Shown here piece by piece: positions 46,883 through 55,273 of a stretch of DNA of 64,000 nt. Source of the stretch: Vicinamibacterales bacterium (GTDB lineage Bacteria; Acidobacteriota; Vicinamibacteria; Vicinamibacterales; 2-12-FULL-66-21); NCBI GenBank assembly GCA_036556425.1, contig DATBJJ010000002.1, forward strand, positions 1,521-65,520, written 5' to 3'. Each line of letters starts with the position of its first letter. Positions within the stretch are counted from its first letter, which is position 1. A model generated the notes under the pieces. The model had not been told where the DNA came from. It worked only from the letters and a program-made list of their open reading frames with translations, and ran no database searches. Position numbers and translations under genes: made by a program.

Positions 46883-48112
46883 CTAGAACTGCACGGGCAG
46901 CGTGACGGTGACGACCGTACCGCCGGTTGACGGACACGCGATCGAGATCGCGCCGTTCTGCGCTTCGATCAAACGCTTGGCCGTGGGAAGTCCCAGCCCC
47001 GAGCCGCGGGACTTCGTGGTGAAGAACGGCGTGAAAATCTTCTCGCGCACCTCCGCGGGGATGCCGGGCCCGGTGTCGGCGAACGCCACGACGCACGAAC
47101 CATCATCCGTCTTCACATCCACCTGGATCCGTCCCTGTCCGGACATCGCGTGCGCGCTGTTGAGGATCAGATTGTGGAAGACGATCTTCAGCATTTCCGG
47201 ATCCGCGGGAATCGCGGGCGCCGTGCCGACGACCTCGATATCGACGTGTCGCAGCGCGGGGTCTTCTTTGAGGAGGTTGACGGTCATCTTCACGAGCGTC
47301 GCGATCTCCGTCGGCGCGGGCCTCGGCTTGGGAGGACGCGCGAAAAGCAGCAGATCCTTCATCATGTCGTTCAGCGCGTCGATGCGCGCGACAATCTCTT
47401 TGATCATCGGCGCGCCGCGGCTGTCGGGCGGCAGCTGCGGCCCGATCGCCTGAATCGCTCCGCGAATGCCCGCGAGCGGATTTCGCACTTCGTGCGCGAT
47501 GACGGCCGCCATTTCACCCAGCCGCGCGAGCGCCGCGCGCTCGCGCAGCTGCTCCTCCATCCGGACGCGGCTGCTCAGGTCGTGCAGGATGCCGGTGAAC
47601 TTCCGTTCGCCGCCGAGCGTGAACTGGCCGACGGACAAATGCACGGGGAACGTCGTGCCGTCTTTTCGCTTCGCCGAGACCTCGCGGCCGATGCCGATGA
47701 TCCTTGCGTGCCCCGTCTCGAGATAGCGCCCGAGATATCCGTCGTGCTCCTCGCGGTATGGCGACGGCATCAGCATGTTGACGTTGCGGCCGATGACTTC
47801 CTGCTCCGAATAGCCGAACAGCCGCTCCGCCGCGGGATTGAAGGCTTCCACGCGGCCCGTGCCATCGATCACGATGATGCCGTCGACGACCGTGTTGAAC
47901 ACAGCGTCGAGCTGTCCGGCGCGCCCCGTGCTCTGCGCGGCGGTCGTGCGGTGCGACGCTTCAGCCGAGAGCCGCCGGTGGTTCAGCCATGAGATCACAA
48001 GGCCGGCCAGGACGACGAGGGCGACCGAGAGCGGCGCCCGATCCCAATACGCCACGATTGCCGCGCCTGCGGCAATGGCGATCGCGTAGCCGAGAATGGG
48101 TGAGCGGACCAC
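46883..48112 (-). CDS. FixL-type heme-PAS sensor histidine kinase
   Basis: Two TM helices. The PAS segment NVNMLMPSPYREEHDGYLGRYLETGHARIIGIGREVSAKRKDGTTFPVHLSVGQFTLGGERKFTGILHDLS closely parallels the Bradyrhizobium FixL heme pocket as I remember it (NVNILMPEP..RHDSYISRY...IIGIGR.V.GKRRDGTTFPMHLSIGEM..GGE..FTGF.RDLT). H-box AHEVRNPL, plus NLILNSAHAM, DTGPGI and GSGLGL. Confidence 0.85.
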   Translation of the reverse strand: MVRSPILGYAIAIAAGAAIVAYWDRAPLSVALVVLAGLVISWLNHRRLSAEASHRTTAAQSTGRAGQLDAVFNTVVDGIIVIDGTGRVEAFNPAAERLFGYSEQEVIGRNVNMLMPSPYREEHDGYLGRYLETGHARIIGIGREVSAKRKDGTTFPVHLSVGQFTLGGERKFTGILHDLSSRVRMEEQLRERAALARLGEMAAVIAHEVRNPLAGIRGAIQAIGPQLPPDSRGAPMIKEIVARIDALNDMMKDLLLFARPPKPRPAPTEIATLVKMTVNLLKEDPALRHVDIEVVGTAPAIPADPEMLKIVFHNLILNSAHAMSGQGRIQVDVKTDDGSCVVAFADTGPGIPAEVREKIFTPFFTTKSRGSGLGLPTAKRLIEAQNGAISIACPSTGGTVVTVTLPVQF

Positions 48113-48135
48113 GAGCGAAGTGGAGCGCCTCCTCG

Positions 48136-48369
48136 TCAGCGCTCGCCGTGTATCTTGTGGACGTAGTCCGAGCGAGCCTCGATCTCGCTCAGGCGCTCGC
48201 TGGCGTGCAGCGCGGCGTCCGCGAGCAACTTCCGAGCCTCGGCGTCGTTTCGCGCAAGCAGCTCGTGATAGTCGAGGCCGGCAGCCGACAGGTACTCGGT
48301 GATGAATTGCCGCTCCAATCCGGAGAGCGGCTCCTCGATCGGTCGTTGCTCGGGATCCTTGGTCGTCAT
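48136..48369 (-). CDS. Hypothetical small helical protein (77 aa)
   Basis: ATG 48369 is preceded by GGAGAGG. No recognised motif. It lies between the MlaF-like ATPase and the FixL-like kinase on the same strand. Confidence 0.5.
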   Translation of the reverse strand: MTTKDPEQRPIEEPLSGLERQFITEYLSAAGLDYHELLARNDAEARKLLADAALHASERLSEIEARSDYVHKIHGER

Positions 48370-48428
48370 GGTGCCTCTCCGAACGATCTTATAGCCGCGG
48401 TCGTCCGTCGGCTGGACATTTTTTCCGT

Positions 48429-49331
48429 CTACCAAGGCGGGAGCGTCATGAACAGAAACTCGCGCAGGAAGTCCTCCTGCGACGCGAGGAGCTCCGTGCC
48501 GTTTCCGCGAAACGTGATCCGGCCCTCGTGCAGCACCATGAACGTCGCGTGCGCCGCGCGCTCCTGCGGAACCTCTTCGATTCGAAGCGTCCCGTTCTCG
48601 CGGACGGCTTGGTGCGTGGCGACGTAGAACGCGTCGCGGATTTGGTGCGTCACCACGATCGACGTGACGCCTTCCAAGTCGCGCAGCTTGACGATCTCGT
48701 CGTCGACGGACGCCGCCGTGATTGGATCGAGGCCGGTCGTGGGATCGTCGAAGAGCAGGAGGTTCGGCCGCGACGCGATCGCGCGAGCGATCGCGACGCG
48801 CCGCCGTTGGCCGCCGGACAGCTCGGACGGCATGCGCGCAATGAAGTCCTTGAGCCCGACGAAGCCGAGCACCTCCTCGACGCGCGTGCGGACGTGATCG
48901 AGCGGCATGTCGCTCTCTTCGTACAACCGGTAGCCGACGTTCTCGTCGACCGTCAGCGAGTCGAAGAGCGCGTTCTCCTGGAAGAGCATCCCGACGTCGG
49001 CTCTGATCGCCATCAGCTCGCCCTCGCGCATGGCGACGATGTCCTGCCCGTTGACGAGGATCGTGCCGGAATCGGGTCGCAGCAGCCCGAGAATGAGCTT
49101 GAGGACCACCGACTTTCCGGCGCCGCTCGCGCCGAGGAGCAGCTGCATGCTGCCCTTGGGCACCGTGAAGCTGACGTCCCGCAAGACGGCGTGATCGTCG
49201 AACGAGAAGGACACTCTGTCGAAGACGACGGCCGGCGCGCTGTTCTTGCTTGGAATCACGTCTTGGGATGATATCGGAAGCTGGATATCATTGCGGGACT
49301 CGGCTCGTTTCAACGGCTCCGGGGCTGCCAT
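48429..49331 (-). CDS. ABC transporter ATP-binding protein (MlaF/Mkl-like), no permease adjacent
   Basis: Walker A GASGAGKS, Q-loop, signature LSGGQRRRVAIARA, Walker B LLLFDDPTTGLD, H-loop VTHQ. Confidence 0.85.
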   Translation of the reverse strand: MAAPEPLKRAESRNDIQLPISSQDVIPSKNSAPAVVFDRVSFSFDDHAVLRDVSFTVPKGSMQLLLGASGAGKSVVLKLILGLLRPDSGTILVNGQDIVAMREGELMAIRADVGMLFQENALFDSLTVDENVGYRLYEESDMPLDHVRTRVEEVLGFVGLKDFIARMPSELSGGQRRRVAIARAIASRPNLLLFDDPTTGLDPITAASVDDEIVKLRDLEGVTSIVVTHQIRDAFYVATHQAVRENGTLRIEEVPQERAAHATFMVLHEGRITFRGNGTELLASQEDFLREFLFMTLPPW

Positions 49332-49423
49332 GCGACGAGCTTCCGTGCGGTTCGCGGTAGCCGGACTAATGTCCGGCGCGTTTGCGGTCGTTTTCGGTCA
49401 AGACGTGGCTTTAGATCCCCTGA

Positions 49424-50686
49424 ATGGAGAGGCCGATGGACGCAAAGCAATCGAGGTTGACGCGCCGCGCGGTGCTCGCGGGCGCCGCCGCCGCTTCGGT
49501 GCACTTCTGGATTCCCAAGCCGGTGACCGGCTACTCGTCCGCCGAGCTTCGCGCGATGACGGTCAACGAGAAGGTCGTGCCCGGCATCTCGAAGTGGGAT
49601 CTCGAGACGCCGGCGCTCTGCCTGGATCTGGACAAGATGGAGAAGAACGTCGCGGCCATGCAGGCCGCGTTGAAGAAGTACGGTCTTCCCAGCCGCCCGC
49701 ACGCGAAGACCCACAAGTGCGCGGCGATTGCCAAATACCAGTTGTCGACCGGATCGATCGGGATTTGCTGCGCGAAGCTCGGCGAAGCGGAAGCGTTCGC
49801 GGCCAGCGGGATCGACAAGATTCTGATGACGACGTCGAATCTCGCGCCGACGAAGATCAAGCGCGCGATGCAGCTGCGCAAATCGAACCGCTACTTCATT
49901 CAAGCGGTGGACGAAGAGCGGAACGCGCGCGATCTGTCAGCCGCGGCGAAAGCCGCGGGCGTCGTGGCGGATGTCGTCATCGACGTCGCGGTCGGCACGC
50001 GCAGCGGGATCCCGCCCGGAGAGGGGGCCGTGAAGCTCGGTCAGCTGATTGACACGCTGCCGAATCTGAAGCTGCGCGGCATCCTTTCGTACGACGGCGG
50101 CGTCCAACACGCGAAAGGATTCCAGAGCCGCAAGGAGCGCGCGCTCAAAGCCATCGCTCCGAACGTCGAGACGTTCGATCTGATGAAGAAGGCCGGCCTG
50201 AACATGGAGATCTTCAGCGGCGGCGGAACGGGCACGTACAACATCATGCATCTCGTGCCGGGATTCACCGATCTGCAGGTAGGCAGCTACCTCTTCATGG
50301 ACATGCAGTACCTCGCGATCGGGAGTGAGAGCGGCGACGAGGTCTACACCGACTTCGCGCCGTCGCTCACGGTCCTGACGACGGTGATGAACAACCGTTT
50401 TCCCGGACGCTTGACGACGGATGCCGGCGCGAAGGCGCTGACGCTCAACACGCCGAACGCGGGCGTCATCGGCGAGCCCGGCATGGACTACAGCGCGAGC
50501 TCGGACGAGTTCGGGGCGATTCGATTCACCGCTCCGCCCACGAAGGACTACAGGATCGGCGACAAGCTCGAGGTCATCGTCCCGCACTGCGATCCCGTCG
50601 TGAACGAATACGACCAGGTGTACGGCACGCGCAAAGATCGCGTCGACGTCGTCTGGAAAATCACCGCCCGCGGGAAGTCCCAGTAG
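49424..50686 (+). CDS. DSD1-family PLP enzyme (alanine-racemase-fold, D-Ser/D-Thr dehydratase/aldolase-like) with Tat-like signal
   Basis: SRLTRRAVLAGAAAA. PLP-lysine context RPHAKTHKC. GSYLFMD and VIVPHCDPVVNEYD. Confidence 0.75.
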   Translation: MERPMDAKQSRLTRRAVLAGAAAASVHFWIPKPVTGYSSAELRAMTVNEKVVPGISKWDLETPALCLDLDKMEKNVAAMQAALKKYGLPSRPHAKTHKCAAIAKYQLSTGSIGICCAKLGEAEAFAASGIDKILMTTSNLAPTKIKRAMQLRKSNRYFIQAVDEERNARDLSAAAKAAGVVADVVIDVAVGTRSGIPPGEGAVKLGQLIDTLPNLKLRGILSYDGGVQHAKGFQSRKERALKAIAPNVETFDLMKKAGLNMEIFSGGGTGTYNIMHLVPGFTDLQVGSYLFMDMQYLAIGSESGDEVYTDFAPSLTVLTTVMNNRFPGRLTTDAGAKALTLNTPNAGVIGEPGMDYSASSDEFGAIRFTAPPTKDYRIGDKLEVIVPHCDPVVNEYDQVYGTRKDRVDVVWKITARGKSQ

Positions 50687-50754
50687 CGCTCGATCCGCTT
50701 CCACACGTTCTCGCGACTCGGCCGCAAGCGGTCGGGCCGTTCGGTTTCGTATCG

Positions 50755-51654
50755 CTAGCGCGCCGCCGATTTCGCGACCTCGGCGAGCGCCGCCTTGAAG
50801 CCACTGGCGAGCTTCTCGGCGGGGCCCGTTCCCCAGTAGTGGAGGAAGAATACCGTCGGCTGCGTCCCGGTCATGTGGTGATGAATCGCCACGACGTCGA
50901 GCCCGTTCTTGCGCAGCGCTTTCAACACGGGCGTCACTTCGTTCGCCAGCATCGCGACATCGCCGGCGATCGCAGCGTTGTCGTTCGAGCCGACGAACGC
51001 GGCCCACGTGTTCAGCCCCATGCGCGCGTTGATCGGCGCGCCCATTTCGGTCAGCTTCAAGTCGTCGCGGCCGATCGTGATCTTGTAGACGGCGCCGGTC
51101 TGCTCGCCTTGCGTGCCGACGATCTGCACGATCTTCGCCGTATCGAGCGTCGCCGTTGACGCGGCGGGTGCGGCGGGCGTCGGCGTGGGCTGCGAGGATC
51201 CCTTGCCGATCAGGTCCAGCGCGGGCTTGAGGTTCTTCGCGAGCTCCGACGCCCGTCCATGGCCGTGCACGTGCATGTAGAACATGCGTGGCTCGTCCCA
51301 GAAGAAATGGTTGTGGAGCGCGGTGACCTCGATTCCGCTGTCGAGGAGCGCCGACACCACCGGGTTCACTTCATCCTGCGTCAGGACGAGATCGCCCATG
51401 AGCACTTCGATGCCGCCAGCGCCCTTCGTGAGCGCGACCCATCCGCCGAACCCGAACGGCGTCGGCGTCTTCACGTTCTTCACGGTCACGCTGAGGTCGT
51501 TCCTCGGCACGTTGACCTTGAGAACGTTCGCTTTGTAGTCGCCCTGCTTTCCAAGCGCGGTCAGGACGTCCTTGTATTCCGCCGGCATCTCCTGCGCCCA
51601 CGCCGTCGTCGAGAGCGCCAGCGAGATTGCGATGCTTGCAACGATCCGTTTCAT
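50755..51654 (-). CDS. DUF1259 (LppY/LpqO-like) secreted protein
   Basis: ATG 51654 with GGAGG upstream and a signal peptide. Two repeats of the ...GGWVAL../..TALHNHF and ..NTWAAF../..VAIHHHM pattern. Confidence 0.75.
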   Translation of the reverse strand: MKRIVASIAISLALSTTAWAQEMPAEYKDVLTALGKQGDYKANVLKVNVPRNDLSVTVKNVKTPTPFGFGGWVALTKGAGGIEVLMGDLVLTQDEVNPVVSALLDSGIEVTALHNHFFWDEPRMFYMHVHGHGRASELAKNLKPALDLIGKGSSQPTPTPAAPAASTATLDTAKIVQIVGTQGEQTGAVYKITIGRDDLKLTEMGAPINARMGLNTWAAFVGSNDNAAIAGDVAMLANEVTPVLKALRKNGLDVVAIHHHMTGTQPTVFFLHYWGTGPAEKLASGFKAALAEVAKSAAR

Positions 51655-51750
51655 GATGGCCTCCAACGGAATTCAGACGGCCGCCAGCAGCACATGAGCC
51701 AGCTTCCGCTCGTCTTACGACGGCAGCAGAAGGCAAGGACGCGCTGACCG

Positions 51751-54207
51751 CTACTGCGTCCGCAGCGCCACAACCGGATCGACGCGCGCCGCGCGCCGTG
51801 CCGGCAAGTACGCGGCCGCCGCCGCGACGACGGTCATCACCAGCAGGACGGAAACCAACGTCAAGGGATCCGAGGGCTGAACGCCGAACAGCTGTGATCT
51901 GATCAGCCGCGCGAGGCCGAGAGCGGCGGCGATGCCGAGCAAGACGCCGATCACCGTGAGCGCCATTCCGCGCTGCACGACCATTCGCGACACGTCGATC
52001 CGCCGCGCGCCGATCGCCATGCGAATGCCGATCTCGCGCGTGCGCTGCGACACCGAGTAGGCGATCACGCCGTAGATGCCGAGCAGCGCCAGCGCCGTCG
52101 CGAGAACGCCGAACACGGCGAGCAGGCGCATCAGGAACCGCCGCTGCGACAGCGCCGATCCGATCAGCTCGGGCATCGTCCGCACGGAATACACCGGCAA
52201 GTCGGGATCGACGGCTCTGATTTCACGCGCGAGCGCCTCGCTCAAGCGCGGCGTGTCGCCGCGCGTGCGGAGGAGCAGCGCGAGCGACAAGTCGGACGAC
52301 TGCTCGAGCGATCGATACATGATCGGCTGCGGCTGATCGGTCAGCCGGCGGTGGATGACGTCGTTCACGACGCCGACGACCGTCATCCACGGAAGCTCCG
52401 GAGACAGCCGGACGCGCTGGCCGATCGGATCCTGATCTCTCCACAACGTGCGCGCCGCAGCGTCGCTGACGATGACAACGAGCTCGGAGCCGGCGCGATC
52501 GGAGTCGCTGAACGGACGCCCTCTGAGAAGCTTGATTCCCAGCGTGTCGAAGTAGCCGGGGGAGACCTGAAAGTCGTGCATCACGGGCCGAAGGCTTCGA
52601 TCGTCCGACTCGCGTCCCTGAATCTCGACGAACAGCGGCGGATTGAAGCCGCCGAGCGGGATCTGCGTCGACATCGCCGCGCGCTCGACACCGGGAATCG
52701 CCGCGACGCGCCGCACCGCCTCGCGATAGAACGCGACGCGCCGCGCGGGATCGAGATACGCCGCGCGAGCGGGATCGTTCGGCCGCGGCAGCGTGATGCG
52801 AGCGGTCACGAGACGATCCGTCTCGAAGCCGGGCGGAACGTTCAGCAAGCCCACGAGGCTTCGAACGAGGAGCCCCGCGCCGACGAGCAGAACGGTTGCC
52901 ATCGCCACTTCCGCGGCGACGAGGATGTCGCGCGCGCGCCCGGCGCGTCCGCCGGTGGTTCGTTCCCGTCCGCCTTCTTTCAGCGCGGCGAACGTCTCGA
53001 CGCGGCGCGCGTTGAATGCCGGAACGAAGCCAATGAGAACGGTGACCGCCAGCGAGATTGCGCCGGCGACGAGAATTGCGGTCACGTCGAGAGTGACCAT
53101 TTCGATCCGCGGAACGCGGCTCGGCGCGAGCGTCAGCAACATGCGCAGTCCCCAGGACGCCACGAGCACGGCCAGCGCGCCGCCGGCTGCCGCGAGGAGC
53201 GCGCTTTCCGTCACGAGCTGCGAGATCAAGCGTCCGGCGCTCGCGCCCAGTGCCTGACGGATCGCGATCTCCTGACGGCGGCCCGCCGAGCGCGCGAGGA
53301 CGAGATGCGTCACGTTCACGCACGCGACGAGCAGCAGAAGACCAACGCCGCACAGCAGCATGAACATCGCCGTCGACACGCCGCCGACCACGTCGTCTCT
53401 GAGAGAAACGAGTCGCGGCCGCCAGCCCGTCTGCGCGGGGTAGTCGGATGGAAACTGTTGGCTGATCGTCACGCCGTAATCGGCGAGGCGCGCCTGCGCC
53501 TGCTCGAACGTGACGCCAGGCTGCAGCCGCGCGAGGCAGCCTTCGACCCGGCGCCGGCTGCGGCTCGACGATCCCGGCGCCGTGCCGCGGAAACCGGCGG
53601 GACTCCACACCTCGACGTCGGTCTGAAGCGTGCGTCCTGGATGACGAAATCCGGCGGGCATCACGCCGACGACGAGGATCGGATCCTCGTCGATGACGAT
53701 CGTCCGGCCGACGGCGGCCGGATCCGCGCCGAGCTTGCGCCTCCAGAATCCGTCGCTGACGACGGCGATGTTCGCGACGCCTGGGGTATCGTCGGATGCC
53801 GCGAACACTCGCCCATGTGCCGGCGCGACGCCGAGCACCGCGAAGTAGTTCCAACTGACGAGCATCATCTCGACGCGCTCCGGCGTGCCGCCGCTCGTCA
53901 CGTTCGCGTTGATCGGCAGCAGTCCGGCGACGCCGGTGAACAGGTCCGAGCGCGTCTGATAATCGGCAAGCTCCGCTGCCGAAACGCCCGTGTCCGTTGC
54001 GCCGAACCCGCGCAGCTCGCTGGTGATGCGCACGAGTTGCCGCGGCTCGGGGTACTCGAGCGGCCGCAACACGACCGCGTTGACGACGCTGAAGATGGCG
54101 GTGCTCGCGCCGATGCCCAGGGCGAGCGTCAGAACGACGACAATCGTGAAGCCGGGCGATCGTGTGAGGTTGCGAATGGCGAATTGCGCGTCGCGCAGCG
54201 TGCGCAT
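51751..54207 (-). CDS. ADOP-family duplicated FtsX/MacB-like permease (1 of 3)
   Basis: MRTLRDAQFAIRNLTRSPGFTIVVVLTLALGIGASTAIFSVVNAVVLRPL. Two MacB-PCD + FtsX modules, ending ...ARVDPVVALRTQ. An alternative start lies at 54243. Confidence 0.88.
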   Translation of the reverse strand: MRTLRDAQFAIRNLTRSPGFTIVVVLTLALGIGASTAIFSVVNAVVLRPLEYPEPRQLVRITSELRGFGATDTGVSAAELADYQTRSDLFTGVAGLLPINANVTSGGTPERVEMMLVSWNYFAVLGVAPAHGRVFAASDDTPGVANIAVVSDGFWRRKLGADPAAVGRTIVIDEDPILVVGVMPAGFRHPGRTLQTDVEVWSPAGFRGTAPGSSSRSRRRVEGCLARLQPGVTFEQAQARLADYGVTISQQFPSDYPAQTGWRPRLVSLRDDVVGGVSTAMFMLLCGVGLLLLVACVNVTHLVLARSAGRRQEIAIRQALGASAGRLISQLVTESALLAAAGGALAVLVASWGLRMLLTLAPSRVPRIEMVTLDVTAILVAGAISLAVTVLIGFVPAFNARRVETFAALKEGGRERTTGGRAGRARDILVAAEVAMATVLLVGAGLLVRSLVGLLNVPPGFETDRLVTARITLPRPNDPARAAYLDPARRVAFYREAVRRVAAIPGVERAAMSTQIPLGGFNPPLFVEIQGRESDDRSLRPVMHDFQVSPGYFDTLGIKLLRGRPFSDSDRAGSELVVIVSDAAARTLWRDQDPIGQRVRLSPELPWMTVVGVVNDVIHRRLTDQPQPIMYRSLEQSSDLSLALLLRTRGDTPRLSEALAREIRAVDPDLPVYSVRTMPELIGSALSQRRFLMRLLAVFGVLATALALLGIYGVIAYSVSQRTREIGIRMAIGARRIDVSRMVVQRGMALTVIGVLLGIAAALGLARLIRSQLFGVQPSDPLTLVSVLLVMTVVAAAAAYLPARRAARVDPVVALRTQ

Positions 54208-54279
54208 GGTCGAAGCCCTCTGGCGGACCGACGGATCGGTCACAGCGTGAGGTGCGCGACGCCTCTTGTCAAGCTGATG

Positions 54280-55254
54280 TCAATGACAGGCGCCGCTCCC
54301 GGAATCGCGCACGCGTCCGTCGATTCCGATGAACTCCCACGTGTACGACGCGCTCCTCAGCGTCAGCTTCAGCACGCCGTACTCGTTGACGATGGTCTCC
54401 GTGTTCGCGGCGACCCGCACCGTCGGATAGAGCTCCGCGCCGCCCGTGCCGACGGTGAATTGGCGAATGCCGCGCGCGGCGTCCATTCTCCCGTCCGGAT
54501 CCTGAGGCGCGAAACGCTCGTAGAGATGGTCGTGACCGTTGAGGATGACGTCCACGCCGGCGTCGTACAGCGATCGCCACAGGCCGCGCGTCTCCGGAAG
54601 GCCGCCGTGCGGTCCCGAGCTGAACAATGGATGGTGCCAATACGCGACGGCGCACGGCGTCTGCGACTGTTGAAGCGCGCTCTGCAGCCACACCACCTGT
54701 GAAGACGAGGAGGACATCGGCACGTTGCTGTTGAGCGAGAACGCCGTCCACTCGCCGGCGCGGAAGCTGTAGTACCCGAGTCCGCCGGGACCGGCGGCCG
54801 CGCCGAAGTACTCGAAATACGGGACCGCGCCGGCCGTGTAGTAGTCGTGATTGCCCGGCGACGGACGGGTGCGGTCGCGGTGGCGCCCCCACGTCGGGTG
54901 GTAGCAGTCGCGAAAGTCCGCGGACGTCCCGAGCGGGTACGCGTTGTCTCCCGCAGTGAAGATGGTGCCTGGAATTGCGTCGAGAAGCCGCGCCGTCGCC
55001 TCGGTGGCCGACGACGCGCAGACGCCGATATCGCCGGCGCCGACCAGCGTCGCAGTCGTCGACCCCGAAGAGACCGGCGTGGACGACGGACCGATCGGCC
55101 CTTCGGTGCCGCAGCCGGCAATCAAGATACACGTGATCGCGAGGAACGTCCGGCGACCGAGGCTCTGAATGGTCGCACTCCGAGGGGAGACAATCCACTG
55201 TACCGAAAAACATGCTTTCCGACAAGCGTTGACGTGTTGACTGCCAACACACAA
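54280..55254 (-). CDS. Calcineurin-like metallophosphoesterase lipoprotein
   Basis: Lipobox LIAGC. Motifs GDIG, GDNAY, GNHDY, WHHP and GHDHLYER. The only in-frame start is TTG 55254, 19 nt from the divergent neighbour. Confidence 0.8.
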   Translation of the reverse strand: MCVGSQHVNACRKACFSVQWIVSPRSATIQSLGRRTFLAITCILIAGCGTEGPIGPSSTPVSSGSTTATLVGAGDIGVCASSATEATARLLDAIPGTIFTAGDNAYPLGTSADFRDCYHPTWGRHRDRTRPSPGNHDYYTAGAVPYFEYFGAAAGPGGLGYYSFRAGEWTAFSLNSNVPMSSSSSQVVWLQSALQQSQTPCAVAYWHHPLFSSGPHGGLPETRGLWRSLYDAGVDVILNGHDHLYERFAPQDPDGRMDAARGIRQFTVGTGGAELYPTVRVAANTETIVNEYGVLKLTLRSASYTWEFIGIDGRVRDSGSGACH

Positions 55255-55273
55255 ACGTGTAGGCTGCCAACCG

